This document shows positions 1-8,563 of a stretch of DNA of 64,000 bases, in pieces (the stretch's first letter is position 1; every line of letters begins with the position of its first letter). The DNA is from Thermomicrobiales bacterium (GTDB taxonomy: Bacteria > Chloroflexota > Chloroflexia > Thermomicrobiales > UBA6265). The position numbers and the translations under genes are program-made. The notes under the pieces were generated by a model. That model was not told the origin of the DNA. It worked only from the letters and a program-made list of their open reading frames with translations, and searched no databases. Where the stretch lies: positions 40,157 through 104,156 of the forward strand of contig JASGJI010000012.1 in NCBI GenBank assembly GCA_049840815.1, in the 5' to 3' direction.

Positions 1-408
1 TATGCGCCGATCCTCGCCGAGATCGAGCGTCGGGATCAGAACGCGGATGCACTCTCAGGTGATCCTCTGGCCCCAGCACCTTCCCACCGGAACAACGACC
101 TGATGGCTCTCGCCGCCGATCTGAAGGCAGCGTGGCCCATCGAGCAGTTCTGCGCCGACCTCCTGGCGATGCGGCTGGAAGGGCGAGGGGCTCGTCTGAA
201 GGGCCGGTGCCCACTCCCCGGACACAACGACGATGATCCCTCCTTCACGGTTTACGTCAGCGACAACCGAACATGGTGCTTCGGTTGCTGGCGCGGCGGC
301 GATGTCATCGACCTGACCCGCCATTACTTCGGCCTGAGCACGTTTCGAGAAGCCGTCGAGAAACTGCAAGACGAGACACGGACCTTCTTCGGGGAGGTTC
401 GCCGATGA
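1..408 (+). CDS. CHC2 zinc-finger primase-like protein (5'-partial or starting at ATG 103)
   Basis: Frame 1 is open from the window edge. CPLPGHNDDDPSFTVY...CFGCWRGGDVIDL matches the DnaG/P4-type CHC2 zinc finger. The stop overlaps the next start (ATGA at 405-408). Confidence 0.65.
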   Translation, partial: YAPILAEIERRDQNADALSGDPLAPAPSHRNNDLMALAADLKAAWPIEQFCADLLAMRLEGRGARLKGRCPLPGHNDDDPSFTVYVSDNRTWCFGCWRGGDVIDLTRHYFGLSTFREAVEKLQDETRTFFGEVRR

Positions 409-2006
409 TCTCCATCTCCGCCGAACAGGAGGCCGCACTGGCCCACCTGCGAGAACGCGATCGGGCGCTGGAGAAAACGGCGCTCACCGCAAATGACATG
501 GACCCGGTTACGGTTCCCCCTGCTCCGCCCTTCCGGATTGACATCCTCCCCGACAGGATCGCCGACTATGTTCGCGCGCAGGCGGCAGCGATCGGCGTCC
601 CAGTCGAGATGATCGCGCTGCCGCTGCTGGCGAACATCGGTGCCCTGATGGGGAATCGAATCGCCATCCAGTTGAAGGCCGGATTCCGCCAATACGCCGC
701 CCTGTGGGTAGGCATGATCGCCCCTCCGGGAGCAGCAAAGACCCCTGCGCTGAACGCGGGCCGCGCGCCACTCGATGTCCTTCAGGGTGAGTGGTATGAC
801 ACCTATCGGACGCAGCGCGCGGAGTACGAGGCCGATCTTGAGCGATGGAGTGCTGCCCCGAAAGGCGAGCGGGGCACCAAGCCCACCCCGCCATCGATGC
901 GTCACGCCTACTCGACGGATGCCACCATCGAGGCCATCGCGGCGATGTTGCAGACAACCTATGGCCTGAGCCTCCAGCACGACGAGCTGGTGTCGTTCAT
1001 TCGCGCGATGGATCAGTACCGAAGCGGCAAGGGTGCCGACAAGCAAAAGTTCCTGTCCTTCTGGGCCGGAACGCCTGCCAAGGTAGATCGGCGCACTGGT
1101 GAACCGATCTATATCCGGCACCCGGTGGTCTCGGTGGTTGGCGGCATTCAGCCGGACCTGATCGCTGACCTCCGCGACCGGAACGGGAAGGAGGACGGCT
1201 TCATTGACCGCTTCCTCCTGATCCGTCCGGATGTCATGCGGCGGGGCTGGTCTGAAGACGAAGCCGATCCGGCGCTGCTTGATGCGGTCGTCACCGATCT
1301 CCGCACGATCGACAAGAATCTCATGCCGGAACCAGATGCAAAGCCAGATCAATTCGAGACGGTACGGCTCCATTCGGAGGCCCGCCATTTGTGGATCGAC
1401 TGGTACAACACTAACGAACGCCGGGTCGCCGGGGCTATGGGACTCCATGCCGGCATCCTCGCGAAGCTACCACTTCAGGTTGCCCGGATCGCCCTCATCT
1501 TGAACACCATCTGGAATATCGAAGACCCTGGTCGGATGGTGTCGGCGTCGATCATGGAAGCAGCGATCTGGCTCGGTGAGTTCTGCCTGACTCACTGGGA
1601 ACGCGCACTGCCTCTGATCGGCCAGAGTGTCCCGGCGGTTGGTGAAAACCTCCCAACCCGGATCATCGCCATCCTGCGGGACGAAGCGACCGCCGAGAAC
1701 GACGGCTGGGTGTCCCGGAGCGTCGTGTACCGCCGACTGCGGAACGTGTCGCCGGAGGACCTGACAACCGCCCTTGACGCTCTCTATGCCGACGGTCTCG
1801 CCGATACCCAGACGATCGAGACCAACCGGAAACCCCGTGAAGAATGGCGAGCAACTGATAAATGCGAATCGCATTTATCGCATTTATCGGTTGCCGGAGG
1901 AATAAATGCGAATAATGCGATTCGCATTTATTCCCAGCACTCCGAAATCGATGTCAATGGTGTCGGGTACGAACCCGAGATTCGCGATGGCGTGGGGGTG
2001 TGGTGA
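405..2006 (+). CDS. DUF3987-like (P4-alpha/D5-associated) helicase-like replication protein
   Basis: 533 aa, translationally coupled to the Zn-finger gene. It has a P-loop-like APPGAAKT and a VVGGIQPD motif that I recall as typical of DUF3987. The 3' end contains repeat module A. Confidence 0.55.
   Translation: MISISAEQEAALAHLRERDRALEKTALTANDMDPVTVPPAPPFRIDILPDRIADYVRAQAAAIGVPVEMIALPLLANIGALMGNRIAIQLKAGFRQYAALWVGMIAPPGAAKTPALNAGRAPLDVLQGEWYDTYRTQRAEYEADLERWSAAPKGERGTKPTPPSMRHAYSTDATIEAIAAMLQTTYGLSLQHDELVSFIRAMDQYRSGKGADKQKFLSFWAGTPAKVDRRTGEPIYIRHPVVSVVGGIQPDLIADLRDRNGKEDGFIDRFLLIRPDVMRRGWSEDEADPALLDAVVTDLRTIDKNLMPEPDAKPDQFETVRLHSEARHLWIDWYNTNERRVAGAMGLHAGILAKLPLQVARIALILNTIWNIEDPGRMVSASIMEAAIWLGEFCLTHWERALPLIGQSVPAVGENLPTRIIAILRDEATAENDGWVSRSVVYRRLRNVSPEDLTTALDALYADGLADTQTIETNRKPREEWRATDKCESHLSHLSVAGGINANNAIRIYSQHSEIDVNGVGYEPEIRDGVGVW
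1827..1931. repeat. AT-rich palindromic iteron module, copy A (inverted partner at 13506-13639)
   Basis: Contains ATAAATGCGAaTCGCATTTAT (10-bp arms), tandem CGCATTTAT, and the nested palindrome GGAATAAATGCGA...TCGCATTTATTCC. The central ~95 nt differ from the reverse complement of copy B at 4 positions. Confidence 0.9.
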
Positions 2007-2374
2007 TGAATCCTCACGACATCCTCGCCGAGGTCTACTCGGTCAGCGCCGCGCTCGAACTCGACGATGACCGGATCACCTGTCCAACGGTCTACCGTCT
2101 CCCGCCCGACCTGCGCAAGGAGATCGGCGAGCACAAGGCGGCGCTGCTCGCCCTACTGCACGAAGCCCGCATCGGCGAGACCGACCACGGATTCTGGCTG
2201 CCGCGCCGGTTTGTTCCTCCCGCTGATTGCGAGAACGAACGGACCTGCGCCAGGCACGGGCTGTGTCCAGCGGCACTCGCGGGTGAACCATGCGCCCGCT
2301 CACCGGGAAACACGTTGTACCCACCTGCGAACTCCAGCGCGAACAGCTCCAACACGAAGGACAAAAGACAATGA
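2000..2374 (+). CDS. hypothetical protein
   Basis: The ORF abuts and overlaps the previous stop (GTG 2000/2003 or ATG 2006). Its stop overlaps the next ATG (ATGA at 2371-2374). Confidence 0.5.
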   Translation: MVMNPHDILAEVYSVSAALELDDDRITCPTVYRLPPDLRKEIGEHKAALLALLHEARIGETDHGFWLPRRFVPPADCENERTCARHGLCPAALAGEPCARSPGNTLYPPANSSANSSNTKDKRQ

Positions 2375-2919
2375 CCACTCGGGTGACGATCGAAATCGAG
2401 ATTGACGACAACGCAGACCTTCCAAATGAGCCATGCGGCGTTCCCGAGGCGACGTTCCTCGAACCCGACTTCTTCTACCCGATGCGCGCGGCACTCGACC
2501 TAGCGAAGGCATGTGGTGTCCTGCCCATTCCTCGTACCTGGGGGCCGGTGATGTGGCCCGCCTGGGCGCATGCATGCAGGATGCAATCGCTGCCGGAAGT
2601 CGTCGTGGTCACAGGAAGGGACGGTCGCAAGTCGGTGGATGTCACGATCGGTCACCTTCCGAACTCGGATCGGGCGCAATGGGAGAAGGCGGCGAAGTCC
2701 GTGCTGCCGGGACCATGCCCATGGAGACAAGGTGACTGCTCGTCCAAGTGGACGGTAGCTGTTGCCGAGGACGGGGACGCCTTCGCGCTGGCGTCGAAGG
2801 TGATTGCGGCGGGCGGGGGTTGGCCATACAGAGGAATGTCGCTCCAATTCGATTGGGGGCGGGCCCGTCGTCCATCGTGGCGCGCGGATCCGACATATGG
2901 CGTTCGCTACGTGGGCTGA
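2371..2919 (+). CDS. hypothetical protein
   Basis: 182-aa ORF coupled to the upstream gene and followed by a 21-bp-stem hairpin. Confidence 0.55.
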   Translation: MTTRVTIEIEIDDNADLPNEPCGVPEATFLEPDFFYPMRAALDLAKACGVLPIPRTWGPVMWPAWAHACRMQSLPEVVVVTGRDGRKSVDVTIGHLPNSDRAQWEKAAKSVLPGPCPWRQGDCSSKWTVAVAEDGDAFALASKVIAAGGGWPYRGMSLQFDWGRARRPSWRADPTYGVRYVG

Positions 2920-2926
2920 AGCTACG

Positions 2927-2975
2927 AACACCGAGAACCCCAGCAGGCACACAGCCTGCTGGGGTTCTCGGTGTT
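2927..2975 (+). terminator. Perfect 21-bp stem hairpin (terminator-like, no U-tract)
   Basis: AACACCGAGAACCCCAGCAGG / CCTGCTGGGGTTCTCGGTGTT with a 7-nt loop, immediately after the stop at 2919. Confidence 0.6.
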
Positions 2976-3183
2976 ACCGCAGTAGCTCGCCGTGCCTCCA
3001 TCCTTTTGCGGCGCTACATACTTGACTCCGTCCAGTCCCGCCTGCCACGATGCGGCGCATCACCTCGGGCACGGCGCAACGACAACGAGCCTCTCAACGG
3101 TTGGTCGGCGTCGACCTGGGCGGACTCGCCGCTCCAGCCTGAGCCGCTGTGCAATCGATAGCTTTCGTGAGCGAGAAACCAGC

Positions 3184-4077
3184 ATGAGCGACAACTTCGC
3201 CTGGGCAAGAGACCTCTATCCCCGGAAACGGCAGCCAGAAATTGGAGAACAGTGGGCGTACCGAGTCAAGCGGACGCTGGGGGAACCTGCCCAACGCGTG
3301 GAGGTTGTGCAGTTCGGTCCCCCTTCGTCCAAGAACAAGATGCGAATCAGGTTTCTCGACGGCGATTTTGCCGGTCTTGACGAGTGGGTGCCGAAGACAA
3401 GGTTGATCCTGCCGTGGGAAGAGCATGATGCCTGGTGGCAGGATGAGCTCAATCTGAAGGCCGCATGGGACTTCGAGGAGGAGATCGACTTCGTAGAATG
3501 GCGTGCGGTCAGCAAAGTATTCTCCGTCTACGGTGAGGGGCGTGTATTTCGCGTCGGGTTCAATCGGAAGGAATATGGCCTACTTGAAGTAAGGGACGAG
3601 GAAGAAGCCACGAAGGCTCTCAACGATCTCGGATTGCCGATCGAATCGCTTCCCATGATCTTCAAGGATCGGCACGGAGTTCATCGTGGCCCCTATTCCG
3701 CCGCTGTCATAGTCGCCAAGCATCTTTGTCAGCAGGCATCCTCAGTCATCGTTGAGGGCGTATCCAAAGATCAGCGACGAGACGAGCTTCACGCGGTTCG
3801 CGGGTGGCATTACGGCAAGGAGTCTCGATACTATGCCAGTCCTGAGTCGATGACCGAGCTTCTCAAGGAGCAAATGCCCATCTATGACCTCGTCCGCTCC
3901 TGGTGCAGCAGAGAGGTGGTTGAAGAGTTCAACAGGATAGATGCCCTCGAAGCTGAAGTAGCTCGTCTGCGCGTGATCATCGAGGATCAGGCTGAACTCT
4001 GGGAGAGGAGTGGAGACAAGCGCCGGGCCAAGCGGCTCCGCAACGAGCTCAATCTGCCGAAAGACACGAGTGATTAG
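3184..4077 (+). CDS. hypothetical protein (orphan, first gene of lower-GC cargo island)
   Basis: 297-aa ORF with an ATG start and coding-like composition. It has a C-terminal coiled-coil-like charged tail. No motif recognised. Confidence 0.55.
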   Translation: MSDNFAWARDLYPRKRQPEIGEQWAYRVKRTLGEPAQRVEVVQFGPPSSKNKMRIRFLDGDFAGLDEWVPKTRLILPWEEHDAWWQDELNLKAAWDFEEEIDFVEWRAVSKVFSVYGEGRVFRVGFNRKEYGLLEVRDEEEATKALNDLGLPIESLPMIFKDRHGVHRGPYSAAVIVAKHLCQQASSVIVEGVSKDQRRDELHAVRGWHYGKESRYYASPESMTELLKEQMPIYDLVRSWCSREVVEEFNRIDALEAEVARLRVIIEDQAELWERSGDKRRAKRLRNELNLPKDTSD

Positions 4078-4161
4078 CTCCTACTGCCTCACCTTTGTTG
4101 TGAGATACTTCGGCATCGGGTTCCACTCGTCCAATCGAATTAGTGAGGCACGGGCCAAACC

Positions 4162-4929
4162 ATGTCTGCTTACGCAAATTACTGGCGCACCATTCCCACC
4201 CTTCAGGCGACGCGAGAACTCGGCCCAGCCGAGGATGGCGTCTCCCGAGCAAGAGTAGTGGATACTCCCGCTGGTGAGTTCTATGTCAAGCACGACGCCT
4301 GGTCCGCGGAAACCGGAACACAGATCGTGGCCAATGAGTTTCTCTCTGCGGCGATCGCCAGTTCGATGAACGTTCCGATCCCAATGTTTGCCGTCGTCGT
4401 GGTGGACGGGAAGCGATGCTTTGGATGTCGCAGTGTCAGGCGGTCTGCACCATTTGTCGATGCCGCACGTCTGAGGGGGTGCAGGAATTTTGAGAGCCTG
4501 TACTCGCTGTTGGTGTTCGATGTCTGGCTGGACAATCACGATCGCCACAACGGGAACGTCATCATTGGACAAGACGGCGGGCGCACCGTTTTTTGGGCTA
4601 TCGATCATAGCCATTGTCCTTTTCCGCCTAGGCGGCTACCCCATCACCTTCCGGCATTGCATGGCCCTGAAGGCGCAGGCTCCTGCATTCCCAGCTGGTA
4701 CGCGCGCGAAGTGACCAGCATCCCCCTGCTACAACGGGCAATTGACGCAGCCAATACACTCTCCGATGATGAGATAGCGGACATTGTTCCAGGCGTCCCT
4801 GGGCAGGACTGGTCCGAAAGTGGTATCGCGCAGATCGTTGATTTCCTCGTGCATCGCCGAATCAATCTTCGGAAAATGCTAGACACGGCACGGTTTTCGC
4901 TCTCCAACCTGGAAGGAGGATCCCTGTGA
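4162..4929 (+). CDS. HipA-like (HipA_C / PI3/4-kinase-fold) serine/threonine kinase
   Basis: FDVWLDNHDRHNGNVII matches the HipA catalytic loop (D-x-H-x-x-N). WAIDHSHC is an Mg-binding D-like motif. The N-lobe has a FYVKHD lysine. Confidence 0.65.
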   Translation: MSAYANYWRTIPTLQATRELGPAEDGVSRARVVDTPAGEFYVKHDAWSAETGTQIVANEFLSAAIASSMNVPIPMFAVVVVDGKRCFGCRSVRRSAPFVDAARLRGCRNFESLYSLLVFDVWLDNHDRHNGNVIIGQDGGRTVFWAIDHSHCPFPPRRLPHHLPALHGPEGAGSCIPSWYAREVTSIPLLQRAIDAANTLSDDEIADIVPGVPGQDWSESGIAQIVDFLVHRRINLRKMLDTARFSLSNLEGGSL

Positions 4930-5756
4930 AGTCTGCTCGGTACAGCCTAATCAGATATATCCCCGACCTGGCGCGCAACGAGCCGGTCAATATCGGAATC
5001 GCAGCGTGGACCGATCACGAACTGTTGATCAAGCTATCAAAGGATGGTCTAGATCGAGCGTTTCACAGTGCACCGGACCTTTCACCTGGTGCCTTCGAAG
5101 GGTTTGAAGATTACCTGTGTGACCGGATTTCTCGACACTGGAAGACAAATCTCTCGACTCATTTCGAGGAGGCAGAGAGTCTTTTGGCGTCTTGCATTGA
5201 TCGCCCTGCCACCGTGACTCCTTCACTGTTCGTTGGAATCGATGAGAGCCGCCCCGAGCGTGAAGCGCTTGAGTTGGTGTGCGCGGAACTGGATGCTCGG
5301 CTGATCCGCCCCCCTCGAAGGTACTCTGGTCGTCGCTCTGAAGGGCTGGTCGAGTCGATGAGACGATCACTCTCGCCATTCCTGGCAGCTCACAAGGTCC
5401 ATATGGACCACGAGTTCAAGGAGACACGATCTGGCCTCCCCCAGACTGTTGACTTCTTCGTCAACTCGGGGTCCGATATCGCCCTCGACGTATTGGCCGT
5501 TCGATCAAACGCAGGGGCCGAGAGCATACTGTTGAGGTCGAGCGCGCAAGCCGCGAAGGTCATCGACATTCGCGGTTCCCAAGGAAAAACGCAAGTTTCC
5601 GAATTCCTTGTATACGCCCCAGTGGACCAGCGAGCAAACCTGGGAGACTACATCGACAAGGTGAGACAAAGCCTCTCAATAAGTGATTGCCGAGTCCTCA
5701 CCAGCCGAGACGAGGTCTTCGAAATCGTCCGCGATCAGGTGGGCGGACTCGTATAG
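4926..5756 (+). CDS. DUF3037-like protein
   Basis: The GTG start overlaps the kinase stop (GTGA at 4926-4929). The N-terminus YSLIRYIPDLARNEPVNIGIAAW resembles the DUF3037 signature as I recall it. Confidence 0.5.
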   Translation: MKSARYSLIRYIPDLARNEPVNIGIAAWTDHELLIKLSKDGLDRAFHSAPDLSPGAFEGFEDYLCDRISRHWKTNLSTHFEEAESLLASCIDRPATVTPSLFVGIDESRPEREALELVCAELDARLIRPPRRYSGRRSEGLVESMRRSLSPFLAAHKVHMDHEFKETRSGLPQTVDFFVNSGSDIALDVLAVRSNAGAESILLRSSAQAAKVIDIRGSQGKTQVSEFLVYAPVDQRANLGDYIDKVRQSLSISDCRVLTSRDEVFEIVRDQVGGLV

Positions 5757-6043
5757 GTCGTCATATCTAGGCGATCGTAAGGCAGGGAGTGTGCCCCTCC
5801 CGGTCCACCACACGCTCGCGCGCACCGGGCAGGAGCCCCACGCCAACCACGGCGACACACAGGCAAAGGCTGTGGCATACTCGGTCGAACGGGTCAGCCC
5901 ACAATCGAATCCACCATCCGGAGCCTGCCATGCGCCGTCTCGCCGACCTGATCCCCTACCCTCGCAGTCTCGCGCTCCTGGGCAACGCCGCCAGTGCAGT
6001 CAGCTCGGAGAAATGATGGACGCCCCTCCCAAATGCTGTTAGG

Positions 6044-6793
6044 GTGTGTTCCTCAGGGACGCTGGAACAGATTGACAAGCCGATTGGCAGACCTAACAAT
6101 AGCTACCGACATCCGTTCGTCACCCTCTTTGAAGCTGTAGCGAGGCACCAATCCGTGGAACTGCCAGTATCCGTCCTAGTGGTAGAGCTTCGGAGATTCG
6201 CGCCCAAGGTCCTCGACACGCGGGGTATTATCGCCCAGCAACTTGTTGATGCCTACCTTTCGGTAACGGTCGAAAGTGGTCCGGGTTCGCTCCTCGAAAC
6301 CATCGGCTTCAACAATGAGAGCGGTACGATCCGTGCGGCGGTAAGCGGGTACACCGCGACATATCAGGAGGCAACCCCGCCCGACTCGCTCGCTTTCGAG
6401 GTCGCTGCGCAATCGTTCTTGAAGCGCGTCGAGAAGATTGCCGATCCCGTGGAATACGAACGACTAGGCATCCTCGTGGGATTCCGAAGCTCTGTTCCCC
6501 GCTCAATAGTTGGGCGATTTCTCAACTCGCCGATTAGTCAGCATGCCGATCGTTGGCAAGTGACGGATGGACATATCCAGTTCATGCGAAACGACGACAA
6601 CCGTGGCGTCACCGTTGATTTCCGATTTCTCACGAGCACGAATCTCAATCCTGGCTCAAATCTGGCAGATATAGAAATCCAGGTTGATCAGTGGCACCTG
6701 CGGCCCGAAAAGCTGCACGCTCGCAACCCGAAGGTGAATCAGGCGGTTCAAGAAGCGCGACGGTTGGTTGCTGACTTGCTCAAGGAGGAGTAA
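6044..6793 (+). CDS. hypothetical protein (first gene of PIN operon)
   Basis: 249-aa ORF. The next ORF starts 3 nt after its stop. No motif confidently recognised. Confidence 0.5.
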   Translation: MCSSGTLEQIDKPIGRPNNSYRHPFVTLFEAVARHQSVELPVSVLVVELRRFAPKVLDTRGIIAQQLVDAYLSVTVESGPGSLLETIGFNNESGTIRAAVSGYTATYQEATPPDSLAFEVAAQSFLKRVEKIADPVEYERLGILVGFRSSVPRSIVGRFLNSPISQHADRWQVTDGHIQFMRNDDNRGVTVDFRFLTSTNLNPGSNLADIEIQVDQWHLRPEKLHARNPKVNQAVQEARRLVADLLKEE

Positions 6794-6795
6794 GC

Positions 6796-7206
6796 ATGGC
6801 ACTACAACATACACACGCCTATCCAGAAGACGAATCGAGATTGCTCTCGGGCACAACCGTGTTGCCCGATCCGACTAGAACAACTACGGGCACTCAGGAT
6901 CCTGCCGGAGGGCACTCTACGTTTGACAAGTCTTCGACGCAACTTCAGCAAGGTGGCACCTCAACGATCCGTCTCGGCAATACGTCGCCAACGGTAGCCT
7001 CTCCGATGTTCACGCCATCTGGACGATCCGTATACCTGAGACGCCGCCTTGAAGAGCAACGTCTCTACGCAACTCTAAAGTCTGAAGAGGGCAAGGATCC
7101 GATTCAAGAAATTGACCGAGTCGCTGAGGAACTTTTCGGGGATGTGGTTGGCTACGAGCTACTCGCGGAAGTCCTGGCCGGCGGTGATCTCGATCATGGC
7201 TGGTAA
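6796..7206 (+). CDS. hypothetical protein (possible antitoxin-like partner of PIN)
   Basis: 136 aa with a low-complexity N-terminal half and a helical C-terminal half. Its 3' end overlaps the PIN gene start by 11 nt. Confidence 0.45.
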   Translation: MALQHTHAYPEDESRLLSGTTVLPDPTRTTTGTQDPAGGHSTFDKSSTQLQQGGTSTIRLGNTSPTVASPMFTPSGRSVYLRRRLEEQRLYATLKSEEGKDPIQEIDRVAEELFGDVVGYELLAEVLAGGDLDHGW

Positions 7207-7807
7207 GGTCGTGGATCTAAGCAGCCAGCTTGACAGTATTCCCGAGTTCTGCGTTGTTGACACGAACGTCCTGATCTCGCTATTCGTCCCGGCCACATCT
7301 CCGACCAATGCGAGGCAACGCAGTCAATCCCAAGCCCTTCGGCAACATCTGGAACAGGAAGATAAAGGCGGGTTTGTCACTCCGACTACCGTTGCGGAAA
7401 TCGCACACCTGTTTGTCAAGCTGGAGTTCACGCGCGAACTGAAGAACAATCTTGTCAAGCACGAGGCGGACTTAAGAAATCGCTTCCCAGGCAAGGCCAG
7501 GTTCGACTGGCTAGATTTGTGCAAGGTCTATCCAAGGCCCTTCGAAGCTGCTGCAAAATCGCTTCAGACCGCCTGCAGCCAAATACGTACCAGCTTCGTC
7601 TTTCTTGAACCGTTTGACCTTAGCCCGAATGCACCGGGTACACACCAATTCACGGACCTTGCCGCCGCCATAAAGCGGTACCGCATGGACTCCAATGACG
7701 CATCAATTTTGATTGAAGCTCGGCGCGCAGGAATTTCGGCAATCGTTTCGCATGATGGTGATTTGCGCAGGGCCAGCAAAGACTTTGATGTCTATACGTG
7801 GCTCTAG
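7196..7807 (+). CDS. PIN-domain nuclease (VapC-like, enlarged)
   Basis: The acidic quartet is in PIN order: VVDTNVL, TVAEIAH, DSNDASI, SHDGDL. At 203 aa it is larger than a canonical VapC. Confidence 0.7.
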   Translation: MAGKVVDLSSQLDSIPEFCVVDTNVLISLFVPATSPTNARQRSQSQALRQHLEQEDKGGFVTPTTVAEIAHLFVKLEFTRELKNNLVKHEADLRNRFPGKARFDWLDLCKVYPRPFEAAAKSLQTACSQIRTSFVFLEPFDLSPNAPGTHQFTDLAAAIKRYRMDSNDASILIEARRAGISAIVSHDGDLRRASKDFDVYTWL

Positions 7808-7819
7808 TCCATAGGTCGT

Positions 7820-7851
7820 GAAAGCGTGGCAGGAGATGCTGCCACGCTTTC
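7820..7851. terminator. Bidirectional hairpin between convergent gene blocks
   Basis: GAAAGCGTGGCAG-gagat-GCTGCCACGCTTTC (about a 13-bp stem), located where the + and - gene arrays converge. Confidence 0.6.
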
Positions 7852-7885
7852 CGTTCACCTTACAGCCCGGTCCCTCGTGGGGAAG

Positions 7886-7999
7886 TTAGGTGGCCTCCCG
7901 ATCGATGACCGTCTCCGGTTCATACTCCATCTCGGCCAGGTATCCCCAGAAGAGTTGCAGCTTCGGGTTCCAGCGATCAGGACACGGCCCCTCACGCAT
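7886..7999 (-). CDS. small hypothetical protein (37 aa)
   Basis: The ATG overlaps the upstream stop (TGATG). The product is MREGPCPDRWNPKLQLFWGYLAEMEYEPETVIDREAT. It is below the ORF-track size cut-off. Confidence 0.35.
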   Translation of the reverse strand: MREGPCPDRWNPKLQLFWGYLAEMEYEPETVIDREAT

Positions 8000-8307
8000 C
8001 ACATACAGCCCGCTCTCGGCACTTCGCACCTGACGGCGAACACGAGATCGTAGCCGGTGTCGCTTGCATCCTCGTACGTGGCGTCCAGCACATCAAAGCC
8101 AACAACCCGCATCACAGGCGCGTCATCGTCTATCAGCTCGACTCTCGCAATGGTCGGATTGCCCGTCCAGCGGTCAAACAGGTCGCCGGAATCGATCGCG
8201 AATTCCACGGGCTGGGCCGCGGTCACGATGATCTGGGTCTCAGCCAGATCGTTGTATTCGGTGAATCCGGTCGGACAGGCGACCAGGACGTGATTGAGAT
8301 TCGTCAT
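7999..8307 (-). CDS. hypothetical protein (102 aa)
   Basis: Internal ATG at 8307 preceded by GGAGACC. The longer 219-aa track ORF overlaps the excisionase-like gene in another frame. Confidence 0.5.
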   Translation of the reverse strand: MTNLNHVLVACPTGFTEYNDLAETQIIVTAAQPVEFAIDSGDLFDRWTGNPTIARVELIDDDAPVMRVVGFDVLDATYEDASDTGYDLVFAVRCEVPRAGCM

Positions 8308-8360
8308 GACTTGGTCTCCTTGGAATCGTCGCCAGATTGACTCTTGCGGTGGATGAAATC

Positions 8361-8405
8361 GCCAACACCACGACCGGTGATGTTCACACCGGTCGTGGTG
8401 TTGGC
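8361..8405 (-). terminator. Perfect 19-bp stem hairpin with the upstream gene's stop codon in its loop
   Basis: GCCAACACCACGACCGGTG / CACCGGTCGTGGTGTTGGC with a 7-nt loop containing the stop at 8384-8386. Confidence 0.5.
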
Positions 8406-8563
8406 GACCAGCGACCGCGCAGGAAGTCCTCGAACGCCTCGTCAGGAATGGTGTAGGAACCGCCGATCTTGTAGCCCGGCAGCTCGCCGCGCTGGATTCC
8501 GGCATAGATCGTGTGCTTGTCCAGCCCGGTAACACGGATGAGGTCGGAGACTTTCTTCGGCAC
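8384..8563 (-). CDS. Excisionase-family helix-turn-helix DNA-binding protein (59 aa)
   Basis: GTG start with a GGAGGAA RBS. VSDLIRVTGLDKHTIYAGIQRGELPGYKIGGSYTIPDEAFEDFL fits the excisionase/MerR-like HTH pattern. It is missing from the ORF track because it is under 60 aa. Confidence 0.65.
   Translation of the reverse strand: MPKKVSDLIRVTGLDKHTIYAGIQRGELPGYKIGGSYTIPDEAFEDFLRGRWSPTPRPV

Noticed and set aside
324-1448. Long antisense ORFs in the track: 324-1448(-), 14565-15479(-), 26763-28322(+), 37240-38661(+), 41802-43880(-), 43950-45407(-), 50817-53426(-), 55242-56789(-), 59150-60490(+), 60484-61773(+)
   Set aside because: Each lies opposite a gene with strong conserved motifs or a better coding pattern. 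Their translations are Arg/Pro/Gly/Ala-rich, as expected for shadow ORFs in high-GC DNA.
1827-1931. Possible CRISPR array, suggested by the repeated ATAAATGCGA / CGCATTTAT units
   Set aside because: The units are 9-10 bp, palindromic and contiguous, with no spacers and no cas genes. This is iteron or palindrome architecture, not CRISPR.
5789-6016. 75-aa ORF in the GC-rich spacer between the two cargo modules
   Set aside because: Its composition is Arg/Thr/Pro-rich and it has no RBS. Only the last 28 codons look protein-like, which is insufficient evidence.
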